Origin: an uncultured virus (IMG/VR IMGVR_UViG_3300036770_002019)
Taxonomy: Duplodnaviria > Heunggongvirae > Uroviricota > Caudoviricetes > Crassvirales
Length of the DNA: 64,000 bases
IMG/VR virus record: IMGVR_UViG_3300036770_002019
Location: 1 to 64,000 of that record
Strand: one strand, 5' to 3'
Every line of letters starts with the position of its first letter. The stretch's first letter is position 1. Position numbers and translations under genes: made by a program. Of this stretch, positions 28,482 to 39,580 are shown in pieces. The notes beneath the pieces are model-generated. The model searched no databases and was not told the origin of the DNA. It worked only from the letters and a program-made list of their open reading frames with translations.

Positions 28482-28969
28482 AATTAGGAACAAGTGTTCA
28501 GAGCGTAGTTAGTAGAGGGGGCATTACTAAAGTATGCCTTAATCCTAACTATACTTCAGATTTTAGTGCTGGGGTAGATGGTTGGACAGGAGATACAGGT
28601 ATTAGCGCTATTATAGGAAATAGAGATTCTATTGGAGGTTTGAATGACAACTTAGGTGTTAGATTTGCTGTAGGCATCCCTATTATCACTAAAACCCTAG
28701 CTGAAGAAGTTTCATCAGGATGTACATATACATACAGTCTTAGGGTATTCATACCAACTGGCAATAAAGATGTAACGTATATTAGTAGACTCCTAATAGG
28801 GGGAGAAGAAATACCAATTTCAGGTGAAGCCATTGCAACCAATACTTGGACTTTATTTACTGGAACTTTTACTGCATCACAAACATTAACTAGCTTCGGG
28901 ATAGAGTTTAATGCTGGTAGTGCAAGTTCTGAATTAGCTTACTTAAGAGAGATATCATTAACACTTTAA
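28475..28969 (+). CDS. Hypothetical protein, possible carbohydrate-binding-module-like fold
   Basis: YTSDFSAGVDGW...TYTYSLRVFIP...NTWTLFTGTFTA. Confidence 0.55.
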   Translation: MLKLGTSVQSVVSRGGITKVCLNPNYTSDFSAGVDGWTGDTGISAIIGNRDSIGGLNDNLGVRFAVGIPIITKTLAEEVSSGCTYTYSLRVFIPTGNKDVTYISRLLIGGEEIPISGEAIATNTWTLFTGTFTASQTLTSFGIEFNAGSASSELAYLREISLTL

Positions 28970-28973
28970 GATT

Positions 28974-29243
28974 ATGTCCTCACCAGCTTGGCAACGAAAA
29001 GAAGGCAAAAACCCTAAAGGAGGGTTAAATGCAAAAGGTAGAGCAAGTTATAAAGCTGCTAATCCTGGATCTAAATTAGGAGCTCCACAACCAAAAGGAG
29101 GAAAAAGACGTAATTCTTTTTGTTCTAGGATGTGCGGAATGAAAAGTAAATTGACTTCAAAGAAAACAGCAAGCGACCCAAATTCAAGAATAAATAAATC
29201 ATTAAGAATCTGGAACTGCGGTTCCTGCAGCAATTGGAAATAA
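28974..29243 (+). CDS. Small basic phage protein (DUF6321-like)
   Basis: SPAWQRKEGKNPKGGLNAKGRASY...RRNSFCSRM...DPNSRINKSLR.WNC. Confidence 0.7.
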   Translation: MSSPAWQRKEGKNPKGGLNAKGRASYKAANPGSKLGAPQPKGGKRRNSFCSRMCGMKSKLTSKKTASDPNSRINKSLRIWNCGSCSNWK

Positions 29244-29452
29244 TGGAGATACTAACCGTGTATGAAATCGTAATTATTGCCTCAGCTTTAGTGGGGACTT
29301 ATGTAAAAATGAATATTGAGATTAATAAGGTTAAATCTCGTATATTTGTTTTAGAACAAAATCACAGTGAAATAACAACAATGCTAAGAAAATTAGATAA
29401 AGATCTTACAGAGATTAAAATCTTATTAGCACGTAAACAATTAGACACATGA
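29234..29452 (+). CDS. Small membrane protein with a coiled coil (possible lysis accessory)
   Basis: N-terminal hydrophobic helix followed by heptad repeats; start may be ATG at 29243. Confidence 0.6.
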   Translation: MEIMEILTVYEIVIIASALVGTYVKMNIEINKVKSRIFVLEQNHSEITTMLRKLDKDLTEIKILLARKQLDT

Positions 29453-29748
29453 TGACACTAATTATAATCATTTCAATTATCTCAGTACTAGGTGCTGTAG
29501 TTATAATTTATTTAGCTAACCTTCATAACGGGGGCATTGTAGATAACAATAAAAACTTTATCTCAGACAATGTAGACGATAAAGCTAAAGAAATAAAAAA
29601 AGAAATTAATCGACGTGTAGAAAACGTTAAACTTGAAGTAGAAGATGTAACTACAGCTATAGGAAATGCTATAGATGGTTTAGATGACATCTCAAAAGCT
29701 GCAGCAGGGGCTAACAGAAAAGGACGTCCAAAACATAAGCAGAAATGA
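29449..29748 (+). CDS. Membrane-anchored hypothetical protein
   Basis: Strong N-terminal TM segment, coiled coil, basic tail RKGRPK. Confidence 0.65.
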   Translation: MMTLIIIISIISVLGAVVIIYLANLHNGGIVDNNKNFISDNVDDKAKEIKKEINRRVENVKLEVEDVTTAIGNAIDGLDDISKAAAGANRKGRPKHKQK

Positions 29749-30287
29749 AACAAATGCTTAAACGTAAAGACGGGTCTTATTCTCAAAGAGGGCTTTGGGA
29801 TAACATTCGCGCAAACAAAGGGTCAGGTAAAAAACCTACCAAAGACATGCTTAAACAAGAAAATAAAATTAAAGAAATGAACTCAAAACCTAAATCAAAA
29901 TCTCCCTCAAAGAAAATGGGTGGAGGATATAAAGCTCCACAATACCAAATGGGTGGGGATATGATTGAACCGTCTAAAGAAGTCAACTTTGATCGTCCTA
30001 TGGCTCAATCAGGCATGGCTAAATCTAAAAAAATGAAGCCAGATTACATTGATATTGACAAAGACGGAAACAAAACAGAGCCGATGAAAAATGCCGCTTC
30101 AAATAAAAAAATGAAAAGCGGAGGAGGCAAATCAATGAAGCCTGGAGGTGGTGGAAGATTTGAAAAACTAGTTGGAGAACTCAAAGGTAAAGGAAAATCT
30201 GAAGATTCAGCTAAAGCAATAGCAGCTTCAATTGGGAGGAAAAAATACGGTAAGTCAAGATTTCAAGAAATGGCTAAAAAAGGATAA
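29745..30287 (+). CDS. Lys/Met/Gly-rich basic protein (probable internal or DNA-condensing protein)
   Basis: GLWDNIR, DIDKDGNKTEPMK, AIAASIGRKKYG motifs; several xxMGG and xKSGG motifs. Confidence 0.6.
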   Translation: MKQMLKRKDGSYSQRGLWDNIRANKGSGKKPTKDMLKQENKIKEMNSKPKSKSPSKKMGGGYKAPQYQMGGDMIEPSKEVNFDRPMAQSGMAKSKKMKPDYIDIDKDGNKTEPMKNAASNKKMKSGGGKSMKPGGGGRFEKLVGELKGKGKSEDSAKAIAASIGRKKYGKSRFQEMAKKG

Positions 30288-30772
30288 TGCATACATTGAC
30301 AGACATATATAAACACTACAGAGCTAATACAGCATCACCCGTAGACAAAGCTACGTTTAAAAACATCTGTGAGGAGTTTAATATGTCTGTCATAGAAAAT
30401 TTGATATTAGAAGGGAAAAGCTTTAACATGAGAAATAACCTTTCTAATATCTCTGTTCGTCGTATAGAACGTAATCCTTCATGTCCTACAATAGATTGGT
30501 GGGAAAGTAATAAGTACAAACAAGAGCTTATCGAAGAAGGGGTAAAGATATTTGATCCAGAAACAGGGGAAGGAAAGAAATGGTTTATATACTATACAGA
30601 TCCTTGGTATTGTAAGTATCATTGGGAAAAACATAAGTGTAAAATCCCTAACAAAACTGTTTATAGATTTACCCCAACAAGAGGACTAAAAGGAAATAAA
30701 GAAAAACTAACAGCGCTACTAAAAGAAGACGAGCTTGCTTACTTAAAATTCAAAAAACATGGCAATATATAA
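30287..30772 (+). CDS. IHF-like protein of the crAss-like tail module
   Basis: FKNICEEFN..VIENLILEGKSFNM..NLSNISV; sits just before the tail tubular gene. Confidence 0.6.
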   Translation: MHTLTDIYKHYRANTASPVDKATFKNICEEFNMSVIENLILEGKSFNMRNNLSNISVRRIERNPSCPTIDWWESNKYKQELIEEGVKIFDPETGEGKKWFIYYTDPWYCKYHWEKHKCKIPNKTVYRFTPTRGLKGNKEKLTALLKEDELAYLKFKKHGNI

Positions 30773-31649
30773 AACTATATCTAGTAAGGTTATCTTGCGA
30801 AAGATCTTTCGAGATATTAAACCTAATCACGATAATTGGATTGATGATGCCATTGAATGGATTGGGGAAGCATTAGAGCACATTGGGAGTTCAACGCAGC
30901 TAGATACTAAAGTTTGTGTTCTCCCAATTTCTAATTACAAAGGGTTACTCCCAAATGATTTCTATTACTCGCAAATGGTTGGGGTAAACAATGCTGTAGC
31001 CCCATCTATTGAAACAGAACTCGATGAGTTATTGTCTCAAGTAAATGATATTCAAGCTCAGTTAGCAGCTAACCCTAACCAAGACTTGACTTATCAAATG
31101 AGAGAACTTAACTCTCGAATCGTAGTTCTTGAGAATATCTACATGTCAGATAGCTCTATGGTTACACCATTAGCTTACTGTACTACAGCATTCCCAAATG
31201 CAGAAGCTTGCCCAGAATGTGTAAATCAAACTACCACAGTCAAAGAATGTTACTTCATTGAAAATGATAGAATTAAAACTTCTTTTGCTTCTGGTAAAGT
31301 TTGTATAAGCTACAAAGCATTCCCAACAGATGAAGATTGTTACCCACTAGTACCAGACGATATTAGTTTCAAAGAAGCTATGTTTTGGTATGTATATAAG
31401 AAAATGCTTTTAGGTGGGGATACACCTGTAGAAAATGGGATAAACTATGTATTTGCCGAACAACAGTGGAAATACTACTGTACACAGGCAAGAAACGCAG
31501 CTAATTACCCAGACATTGATAGATACGAGTCATTTATGAATCAATGGGTTAGACTTATCCCAAACATTAACAGACACTCAGCTGGGTTTGAAAATCTCGG
31601 AACTAGAGAAACATTACATAGAGGATCAGCTAATACTTACGGATTGTGA
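30759..31649 (+). CDS. Tail tubular protein (P22 gp4-like, crAss-type)
   Basis: IEWIGEALEHIG, IKTSFASGKVCISY.AFPTDEDCYPLVPD, W..YCTQA; synteny. Confidence 0.75.
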   Translation: MAIYKTISSKVILRKIFRDIKPNHDNWIDDAIEWIGEALEHIGSSTQLDTKVCVLPISNYKGLLPNDFYYSQMVGVNNAVAPSIETELDELLSQVNDIQAQLAANPNQDLTYQMRELNSRIVVLENIYMSDSSMVTPLAYCTTAFPNAEACPECVNQTTTVKECYFIENDRIKTSFASGKVCISYKAFPTDEDCYPLVPDDISFKEAMFWYVYKKMLLGGDTPVENGINYVFAEQQWKYYCTQARNAANYPDIDRYESFMNQWVRLIPNINRHSAGFENLGTRETLHRGSANTYGL

Positions 31650-34600
31650 AGAAGTTTTTAAAAGGTATGCATAAAGACGCAGAGCGCGTTGATATGCCAG
31701 ACGGTACTTACAGAGATGCTCTTAACGCTAACCTCTATTATACAAAAGGAGCTATTGTAAATGAGCAAGGAACAGTACTTGTGGGTGAATATAATTCCCC
31801 AAACTTTCCTATACAAAATATTATAGGTCAGTGCGCATTAGAAGACGGTAGAATTATAGTATTTGCTATTGACACTAATCCTGACACTAATGGAACCAAT
31901 GTTATCTCTTTAGTAACCCCAAAACAAAACAAATACGAGGTATTATACAGAAACGATGATTTAAACTTTCAACCAAATTTTACAATAGAAGCTACAGCTA
32001 AAATAGACAGTAAAAACAAAATAAAAGTCTATTTTACAGATAACTATATTTCAAAACTTGTAGAGCCAGAGACAGGGATAGAGTACATAGATGAATATAA
32101 CCCACCAAGAGTGTTTGATATATCTAAACAGTTAGAGTATTTGCAGACTATTCCTACAGTTACTACTGCTGACCAAACTGTGCTGTACACAGCTGATGAA
32201 AATTTTACTGTAGATAAATTAGACATATTTATGAATGCTGGATTTATCCCAGAATTCACAACAGTAAATATAATAGAAGGAGGTGGGGTATTAAGTGGTA
32301 CGTATCACTTAGCACTGGCGTATGTAGATGAAGACAGAAATACTACTAATTTCTTAACAGCTTCAAATGCAGTACACATTGTAACAACTAATGAGAACGC
32401 TCTCCCAACAGAATCTATTACAGGGGATCCACAAGGCTCTCAAAGTAATAAATCTATTTCCTGGAACTTCACAATACCAGAAGATGCAAGAAACTACACT
32501 TTTATTCAACCTGTAGTTATTCAAAGATTTGGGGGAGGTCAGAACCAAGAAACAAGTGAATTTGCATATGCGCTTGATCTTGTCAGAATAGAGCAAGGAG
32601 AAGTACAATCTGTTACATATACTGGATTAGAAACTGTAGCACAAGCAAGTGTATCTGAAGTTATAATTGATTATGTAAGATATGAAACTGCTAAAACATT
32701 TGTGCAGTTGGATAACAGATTGTATGTATCAAATTTGCAATCTCGTGGAGATATAGGGTTTCAAAGATTTGCAAATTCTATTACTTTGCGAGCTATAACT
32801 GAAGAAATTAAACGTTTTGACCCTAGATATTTTGATGTGATAAACATAAACAAAGGGTACACAAACTTACTATCCCCATCTAATCAAGCATCTTTTAGAC
32901 AAAATGATACTATACTAGACATTTATAAACCTATACAAGGTAACGATCACCCCGATCTAGATGACGAACAAATAGATAAGTTTACAGGAAGAGTTCGAAA
33001 AGGTTACAAAGATGTTAAACTTTCATACAATAAAAAATCTTACAGACGTTCTGAAGTATACGCTTTTTACATTTCTTTTGTTCTAAAAGATGGTACTGAA
33101 ACATACGCATACCATATACCTGGAAGAAACGTATTAACAATCGGTGATACAGGATATCTTGAAAATGAATCAATTAGTGATCATACACCTACAGATTTTG
33201 AAAATAATGTAGGTTTCAATACTGCAGAGATACTAGAACTGTATGAAAATGCTAAACTTCACCAAGTAACTGACACACAAGTTATTCTAAGCGAGATAGC
33301 TGGAGTAGAAGTATCCACAAGCTACTGGGAAAATAATGAAGAATTATATCCAGCATCTGCAGACTTCACAGTTTGGGAAACTGACGAAGATGGGGAACCT
33401 ATACAAACTGGAGATTTAAGAGGAACTAAAGTTAGGCATCATAAAATGCCTTCAAACAAACACCCAAACTACTCTTTTATAACAGGGACGCAGTCCTGGG
33501 ATAATGATAACTCAAACGCAGTAAATCAATTTTCCCCAAACTTATTTGAAAATAACAATGAGAATCAAACTTTAGAACTTGCGGAAAACATAAGACTTCT
33601 TGGGGTACAGTTGGAAAATATACACATCCCCAAATTTATACTTAAGCAAGTTCAAGGATACAAAATATACTACGCTAAAAGAAACCAAAAAGATAAAACA
33701 ATATTAGGTCAAAGTATCCCAGTTCCTGGGGCATTACGAGCTAATACTGTTTTAAGTATGTACACACCCATAGCAAAATTTGGGCCGTACAACAGAGCTT
33801 GGTGGATGTACGGGGGAATCCCCCCGTCAGGACTCTATTATCCGCTAATAGATTCTAAATTTTTTAACGGGAGTTTTTACAAAGGCTTCTCTATTTTCAA
33901 GTTTCATGATTTTAACCTGCTTAAAAATAAGCACACATTAAGTGGGGCATCTCACGTGGATGTTCAAAGCATACTAACATTTAGATATTACGCAGGAGGA
34001 CCTGGGTCTAAAGATAGACCTGTACCAGACAACGATTCTCATACATTTTCTAATACAGAGTGGGGACCTAACGCGGAGATAGGAAATACCTCATTCCCTA
34101 ATGATCCAGATAATCAATACGTGTCTGGGATTAGAGCTTGGGCTACATCTGTGTTTATAGCTGCTGGATATCATGAACCACAAACAGTTACCTACAGCAC
34201 TCAATTCTTTTTGCAAAACAGTGTAGTAGCTAATAAACTCAACAACATACAGAGTATATACACAATACAACCTAAGAGTACAACATATTTACCTGGTTCT
34301 ACACATTTAGAAACTACAGACTCTGGAGCTTATCATGGAGCTAGATATTTATTAAATTTTGCAGGGGAATCTTCAATAGCAGTTGGATTAAGTTCAGGTC
34401 TCCCAATGCTAGTAGGATTTTTACTAAACGCAGAATCTCCTGACAGACCTGACGCATCTCAAGAATTTTGGTGGTACCCAAATAATGGATGGTTAAATCC
34501 TGAAAATGGGGAGGTTGGTAATTTTAACTGGGTTCTGAATCTAAATAAACCTTACCTAGATCCCCTAGAAACATTCTCAGTCGGTGGGCATCCCGCAGCT

Positions 34601-36694
34601 TACTTAATTAATCTATGTACAATTAAAGAAAATGTATATGATTCTTTTGACGAACAGCAACTGGTTTGGACAGGATATTATAAATCTTTAAGAAACGTAG
34701 ATATAAATACAGGAGAAGATCTTGTAGATTCTAATAACTACTACGAAGGAGCTCAGTCTGAAGAAGTGTTTGGGGGAGATACCTATATAACTAGATATGG
34801 ATTTAGAAGTACAGTTCTTTCGTACGGACATCATAACTGGATTGGGGGAGGTACACAAACAGATATCCCATTTAATTTATCTACTGGATTTACAGGAAGT
34901 ACTGAGATATGGGATAGTTCATTTGACGCAGATACGTTACTAGGTACTGACGAAGCTAACACAGATCTCGGCAGTAGTTATAGATGGGTAATAGGTAATA
35001 ACACCCCAATAGCTACTATATTTTATTTCTACTGCGAATCTGAAGATTTAATAGGGTATCGACATTCTGCAGATGCATTGGCAGGAGTACCTGAAAAAGA
35101 TGGCAGATTCTTTGATGGGTCTGTAGCCGCATCTGTATTGTTTAAAAGTCCAGTTAGTGATGGTACCAGCATGGATAACATGCTCTACATGAATAACTAT
35201 TCTTTAGGGCAAGATATAAAAGTAGCTATTCCTCTCCCTAAAACTTTTGATAATGTAACTGTATTTCCTACAAGAACAATTAGAAGCGAAGTAGACGAAG
35301 GCACATTAGACGACAAGTATAGAAAGTATAAAGCATTAGAATACAAAGATGTGCCTAAAAACAGAGGTAGTGTATGGGATATTTTTACCGTAGGTTCTGT
35401 ATTGTACATACATACAAAAAACTCTTTGTTTGTAACAAAAGGTAAAGAAAATCTTCAACTGGGGGATGCTTCACAAGCATTTATCGGTAGTGGGGATATA
35501 TTTAGCCAAGATCCTGATGAACTAGTTTCTACAACTGAAGGATATGGTGGTACAGATGCTCAATTTGCAAGTATCACTACTCGATACGGACACTTCTTTA
35601 TTAACAGAAATTATCGTAAGGTATTTCTATTTACTAATCAAATAGAAGAAATAAGTTCATATGGTATGGAGAAGTGGTTTATAGATAACCTACCATACAC
35701 AATAGAAAATTTTGGGGTAGATTTAAGTTTGTATCCTTCAATAAGTACGGATGCTCCTACAAACTATTTTGGATTTACAGCTGGGTATGATCCTAAATTT
35801 AAAAGAATCCTATTAACTAAAACAGAGTTAAAACCTACACCTTTGTTTATAAGTTTGTTTAACAACAACTTAATACAAGTAGTAGAAGGAATTATGCAGT
35901 TCCCTACAAACTATCAAGGCAGTGTTATATTTGGGGAGTTAACTTTTGAAAATACTAACTTCTTTACACGAGGAGGTTGGACATTATCCTATTACCCAGA
36001 ATACAAATTTTGGGGAAGCAGGCATAGTTATATCCCACGTATATATTCTTATACGACTTCTGAATACTATAGTTTAGTAAACTTTTCAGAATCAGAAGAA
36101 GGACAAGTTTGGGAACATAGTGATTTGAATAACCCTGGAAACTTTTACAATACGCTTTATAATTTTGAATTTGAATACATAGATAATAGCTCACCTGGAG
36201 CATCTAAAGTATTCTCAAGTATATATTATTGGACCGAAATTCAATCCTCTAACAATGTAAATACTATTCAATCTATAAAGTATACCTCACCAGGATTTAC
36301 TAGTTTTTATGTGTATAATACACAACAAATATCTGGGGAACCTACAACAATTAACTACTTAAACAATATACGTCTTGTAGATAAGTTTTGGTATATAAAT
36401 AGTTTTAGAGATTTATCTTTAACTGCTAGCTTAACTACGACTGATTTAGTAACTAACACACCTAACGTACAAGAAGTGTTTGTTCAAGGTGTTACTGCCC
36501 CTATTCAAGACACAACAATGTTTGTTGAAGAAGGAGTAGTAAATTTAGACTACATTGACTCATCTAAAGATTGGTTTGAACAAAGAAGATTTGTAGATCA
36601 GTATCTAGGTGTAAGATTGATATGCAACAATTTAACAGGAAATTTGGTACATTTGTATGCAGCTGGGACTAAATTTCGCAACTCATTCAGATAA
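31646..36694 (+). CDS. Tail stabilisation or muzzle protein (P22 gp10-like)
   Basis: F.KGMHKD......GTYRDALN start; VYFTDN, FGGDTYI, WTLSYYP..KFW.S.HSY.P; 1682 aa. Confidence 0.8.
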   Translation: MKKFLKGMHKDAERVDMPDGTYRDALNANLYYTKGAIVNEQGTVLVGEYNSPNFPIQNIIGQCALEDGRIIVFAIDTNPDTNGTNVISLVTPKQNKYEVLYRNDDLNFQPNFTIEATAKIDSKNKIKVYFTDNYISKLVEPETGIEYIDEYNPPRVFDISKQLEYLQTIPTVTTADQTVLYTADENFTVDKLDIFMNAGFIPEFTTVNIIEGGGVLSGTYHLALAYVDEDRNTTNFLTASNAVHIVTTNENALPTESITGDPQGSQSNKSISWNFTIPEDARNYTFIQPVVIQRFGGGQNQETSEFAYALDLVRIEQGEVQSVTYTGLETVAQASVSEVIIDYVRYETAKTFVQLDNRLYVSNLQSRGDIGFQRFANSITLRAITEEIKRFDPRYFDVININKGYTNLLSPSNQASFRQNDTILDIYKPIQGNDHPDLDDEQIDKFTGRVRKGYKDVKLSYNKKSYRRSEVYAFYISFVLKDGTETYAYHIPGRNVLTIGDTGYLENESISDHTPTDFENNVGFNTAEILELYENAKLHQVTDTQVILSEIAGVEVSTSYWENNEELYPASADFTVWETDEDGEPIQTGDLRGTKVRHHKMPSNKHPNYSFITGTQSWDNDNSNAVNQFSPNLFENNNENQTLELAENIRLLGVQLENIHIPKFILKQVQGYKIYYAKRNQKDKTILGQSIPVPGALRANTVLSMYTPIAKFGPYNRAWWMYGGIPPSGLYYPLIDSKFFNGSFYKGFSIFKFHDFNLLKNKHTLSGASHVDVQSILTFRYYAGGPGSKDRPVPDNDSHTFSNTEWGPNAEIGNTSFPNDPDNQYVSGIRAWATSVFIAAGYHEPQTVTYSTQFFLQNSVVANKLNNIQSIYTIQPKSTTYLPGSTHLETTDSGAYHGARYLLNFAGESSIAVGLSSGLPMLVGFLLNAESPDRPDASQEFWWYPNNGWLNPENGEVGNFNWVLNLNKPYLDPLETFSVGGHPAAYLINLCTIKENVYDSFDEQQLVWTGYYKSLRNVDINTGEDLVDSNNYYEGAQSEEVFGGDTYITRYGFRSTVLSYGHHNWIGGGTQTDIPFNLSTGFTGSTEIWDSSFDADTLLGTDEANTDLGSSYRWVIGNNTPIATIFYFYCESEDLIGYRHSADALAGVPEKDGRFFDGSVAASVLFKSPVSDGTSMDNMLYMNNYSLGQDIKVAIPLPKTFDNVTVFPTRTIRSEVDEGTLDDKYRKYKALEYKDVPKNRGSVWDIFTVGSVLYIHTKNSLFVTKGKENLQLGDASQAFIGSGDIFSQDPDELVSTTEGYGGTDAQFASITTRYGHFFINRNYRKVFLFTNQIEEISSYGMEKWFIDNLPYTIENFGVDLSLYPSISTDAPTNYFGFTAGYDPKFKRILLTKTELKPTPLFISLFNNNLIQVVEGIMQFPTNYQGSVIFGELTFENTNFFTRGGWTLSYYPEYKFWGSRHSYIPRIYSYTTSEYYSLVNFSESEEGQVWEHSDLNNPGNFYNTLYNFEFEYIDNSSPGASKVFSSIYYWTEIQSSNNVNTIQSIKYTSPGFTSFYVYNTQQISGEPTTINYLNNIRLVDKFWYINSFRDLSLTASLTTTDLVTNTPNVQEVFVQGVTAPIQDTTMFVEEGVVNLDYIDSSKDWFEQRRFVDQYLGVRLICNNLTGNLVHLYAAGTKFRNSFR

Positions 36695-39576
36695 TGAAAT
36701 CTTCAACTAAAAAATACTTTAACTCTGATAAGAAGTTTAACAAGCGAATTAAAAAGCAGGCTAGCGCTTTACCTTTAAGTGCTACAACTACTACTTTACA
36801 GACCGATGCTGATCAGCAAGGAACTTTGGGATTGTTGCAGCAAACTCAATTAGAGCAAGAACGTGCTCTACAACAAGAAGCTACCGCAGAGTATCAACAA
36901 CAGCTTGAAGCAGAACAGCAAAGAACACAGCAAGCAGTGTCTGCGATCCCTCAAGCTTTAACAACAGCTAAAGAAGTTAGTAGCACAGCAAAAGATGCAA
37001 TAGCAGCTTTAGGGCAAAAAGGTGCAAAAGTTGCAGGTAAAGGATTCGCTAAAACGTCTACAGCTGTAGCTCCTGTTGCATTAGCAGCTACTTTAGCAGG
37101 GGAGGGTATTAAATATTTCTCAGCTGATGACGATGATACAAAATATAATGCAGGTGAAATCGGTGGAGGACTTCTTTCAGGTGCAGGACAAGGAGCTTCT
37201 TACGGAGCCTTAGCTGGAAGCATTATACCTGGATTTGGGAATGTTGCAGGTGCGGCAATAGGAGCAACAATAGGCGCTGGTGTAAGCGGAGCTAAAATGC
37301 TTATAGATAGAAAGAACGCTAGAGAGGGGCAAGAGTTAGAAGATAGAATTAAGAGCAGACGTGATACAGAATTTGCACAAAGAAATACAGATTTATTTAA
37401 CCAAGCATTTGGGGCTCAAGGAAGAGATCTAGGTTACAATGTAGGATCAAGTGTTTCTAACTCTTACTTACCTGGGTTTCAAAGAGCAGAAACTGGGGGT
37501 AAAAAAGTCCCTGGGGGAGTTATTAAACCTCTCCCATTTGGGGCAGTTGAATTTAGAGGTAATAAACATGGGGAGTCAGGTAAAGGCTCTGATAGTGGTA
37601 TTATCTTAGAAGAGGGGGGTAAAATGTCTCCTGGTGTAGAGGTAGAGGATAAGGAAACTATGGATAAGGTCAAATTCGCTAACGGTAGAGAAGATGACTA
37701 CATATTTTCTTCTTACTTAAAACTTGGAGGGAAATCATTTGCACAAAGACATAAAGAAATTCTTCAATCTGGGGGAGATCAGGAGCAGATACAAAACTTA
37801 GCTAAAATGCAAGAAGAAAAAGCTAAGGAAGTTGAACGTACTCCTGTAGGACCAACTGATCAATACGGTCCAAGAGGTCAAGAATATATTGCTAAGTATG
37901 GGGGAGTTAGAAAAAAATATCAAGCTGGTATGGGACCAATTGCTGGAAGGCAGTCTAATTATAACTCATCTATGGTTAGACCTATAGAAGAAGTGGCAGC
38001 ATACCACAAAGCCATGGGAAAAGATTCTTTTTGGTACAAGTTTAAACCATATGATATAAAAGATTTTTTTAAAGATGAGGTAGTAGAATTCCCAAAAACA
38101 TTTCAACAACTAGACTCTGCTAAATACAGTGTTCCTTTAAATATTCCACAACCTACTCCACAACCTAAACAATATGGTGGTAGGATGAAAGCTCAGACAT
38201 CATTACCACCAGAGCAACAAGCACGTGTCGAAGAAAGTAAAAATCTACTGGATGCAATTGACGCCGGGGCTATTCAAGCTGGAGATTATGCAGGTGCCCA
38301 AGTTGCAGCTCAAAGTGCAGCTGCTAATGCCGCAGCCGCAGATACTCCTGTACAAACGCTAGAAATGCAGCCTACGACCTTATTTCCATATTTAGACCTT
38401 TTAAATAATCCTAATTTTAGGCTAATGATGGAAAATGCGGAACGAAGAAGTCAAAGGCCAGCTACCCAAACTTCTGCAGCTGAATCAAATGAAGCTACTA
38501 CTGATACAACTGAATTTAATGGTCAAGGATTAACCCCAGACAATACACCTAATTTACCAGCAGGAATGGCTTGGTTTGACAATGGGGATGGTACATGGTC
38601 TATAATTCCAAGTGTAGCAGTAGGGGAAGCAGAGGTAGTAACAAAGAGAAAGCGTACACCACTATTTCCAAATATGCCGTATGAGGAAGAAACAGGTATG
38701 CAAACAAAAGAGAACAAAGATGAATCTACTTTAGACTTTAAAAAAGAACAAAAGTTAAACATCCCACCCCCAAGAGTAAGAGATGTTCCTCCTTTAGCTT
38801 ATTTAGGAACTGCAGCTCAATTGCTTGGGCCATTAATGGCTTTAAGAACTTCTTACCCCGAACCTCAAAAAATAAGTGCAGGAGTTCAAGGTTTAACTAA
38901 ATTGGGGAGAGTAAATTTCAACGCAGAAAGAGCAACAAATATAAATAGCTCTACAGCGGCTAACAGATTTATTCAAAACACTAGTGCGGGACCTGCAGCA
39001 ATTGCAGCTACTATTGCAAGTAATAATGCAGCTCGTGAAGGATCTATGCAACTGGCATCTCAAGAAGCTAGAACAAATATGCAATTAGCTAATGCAGAAG
39101 AGCAATTAAATGCTAATATTGTAGCACAAAATATGGCTAGAGATTTGCAAGCTCAAGGATTGAATACTGAAGCTCAAAATATGCTTGATCAACTTGAGTA
39201 TCAAAATCGAATAAATGCTTTTGATACTATGGGGGCTATAGGAGCTCAGTTTGCATCTGATGTAATGCAATATAAAGCTACGGAAAGAGAAGCACGCGCT
39301 AATCAAATTGCTGGGGAATATACTCGTGAAGGATACGTTACTGCAATGCAGAATCGCCCTAAATATAGACGAATGCTTAAAGAAGCGGGTATTGATCCTA
39401 ATGATACTCGCACAGTGCAAAGAATTGCTGCAGAAATGTACAATCCAAATATGACTCTCGACGAACAAGAAGAAATGTTTAGACAATATGTTATTGAGCT
39501 AAATAAAACTAAAGAGAAAGAAGACAAAAGATTTGGGGGTTATATAAAGAAATACGGTAAAGTCTCTAAAAAATAA
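36694..39576 (+). CDS. Virion cargo or ejection protein
   Basis: Gly/Ala-rich glycine-zipper segment (GAGQGASYGALAGSIIPGFGNVAGAAIG); G.KH..GI..EVE..ET motif; Q/A-rich; no Cys seen. Confidence 0.65.
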   Translation: MKSSTKKYFNSDKKFNKRIKKQASALPLSATTTTLQTDADQQGTLGLLQQTQLEQERALQQEATAEYQQQLEAEQQRTQQAVSAIPQALTTAKEVSSTAKDAIAALGQKGAKVAGKGFAKTSTAVAPVALAATLAGEGIKYFSADDDDTKYNAGEIGGGLLSGAGQGASYGALAGSIIPGFGNVAGAAIGATIGAGVSGAKMLIDRKNAREGQELEDRIKSRRDTEFAQRNTDLFNQAFGAQGRDLGYNVGSSVSNSYLPGFQRAETGGKKVPGGVIKPLPFGAVEFRGNKHGESGKGSDSGIILEEGGKMSPGVEVEDKETMDKVKFANGREDDYIFSSYLKLGGKSFAQRHKEILQSGGDQEQIQNLAKMQEEKAKEVERTPVGPTDQYGPRGQEYIAKYGGVRKKYQAGMGPIAGRQSNYNSSMVRPIEEVAAYHKAMGKDSFWYKFKPYDIKDFFKDEVVEFPKTFQQLDSAKYSVPLNIPQPTPQPKQYGGRMKAQTSLPPEQQARVEESKNLLDAIDAGAIQAGDYAGAQVAAQSAAANAAAADTPVQTLEMQPTTLFPYLDLLNNPNFRLMMENAERRSQRPATQTSAAESNEATTDTTEFNGQGLTPDNTPNLPAGMAWFDNGDGTWSIIPSVAVGEAEVVTKRKRTPLFPNMPYEEETGMQTKENKDESTLDFKKEQKLNIPPPRVRDVPPLAYLGTAAQLLGPLMALRTSYPEPQKISAGVQGLTKLGRVNFNAERATNINSSTAANRFIQNTSAGPAAIAATIASNNAAREGSMQLASQEARTNMQLANAEEQLNANIVAQNMARDLQAQGLNTEAQNMLDQLEYQNRINAFDTMGAIGAQFASDVMQYKATEREARANQIAGEYTREGYVTAMQNRPKYRRMLKEAGIDPNDTRTVQRIAAEMYNPNMTLDEQEEMFRQYVIELNKTKEKEDKRFGGYIKKYGKVSKK

Positions 39577-39580
39577 TACT

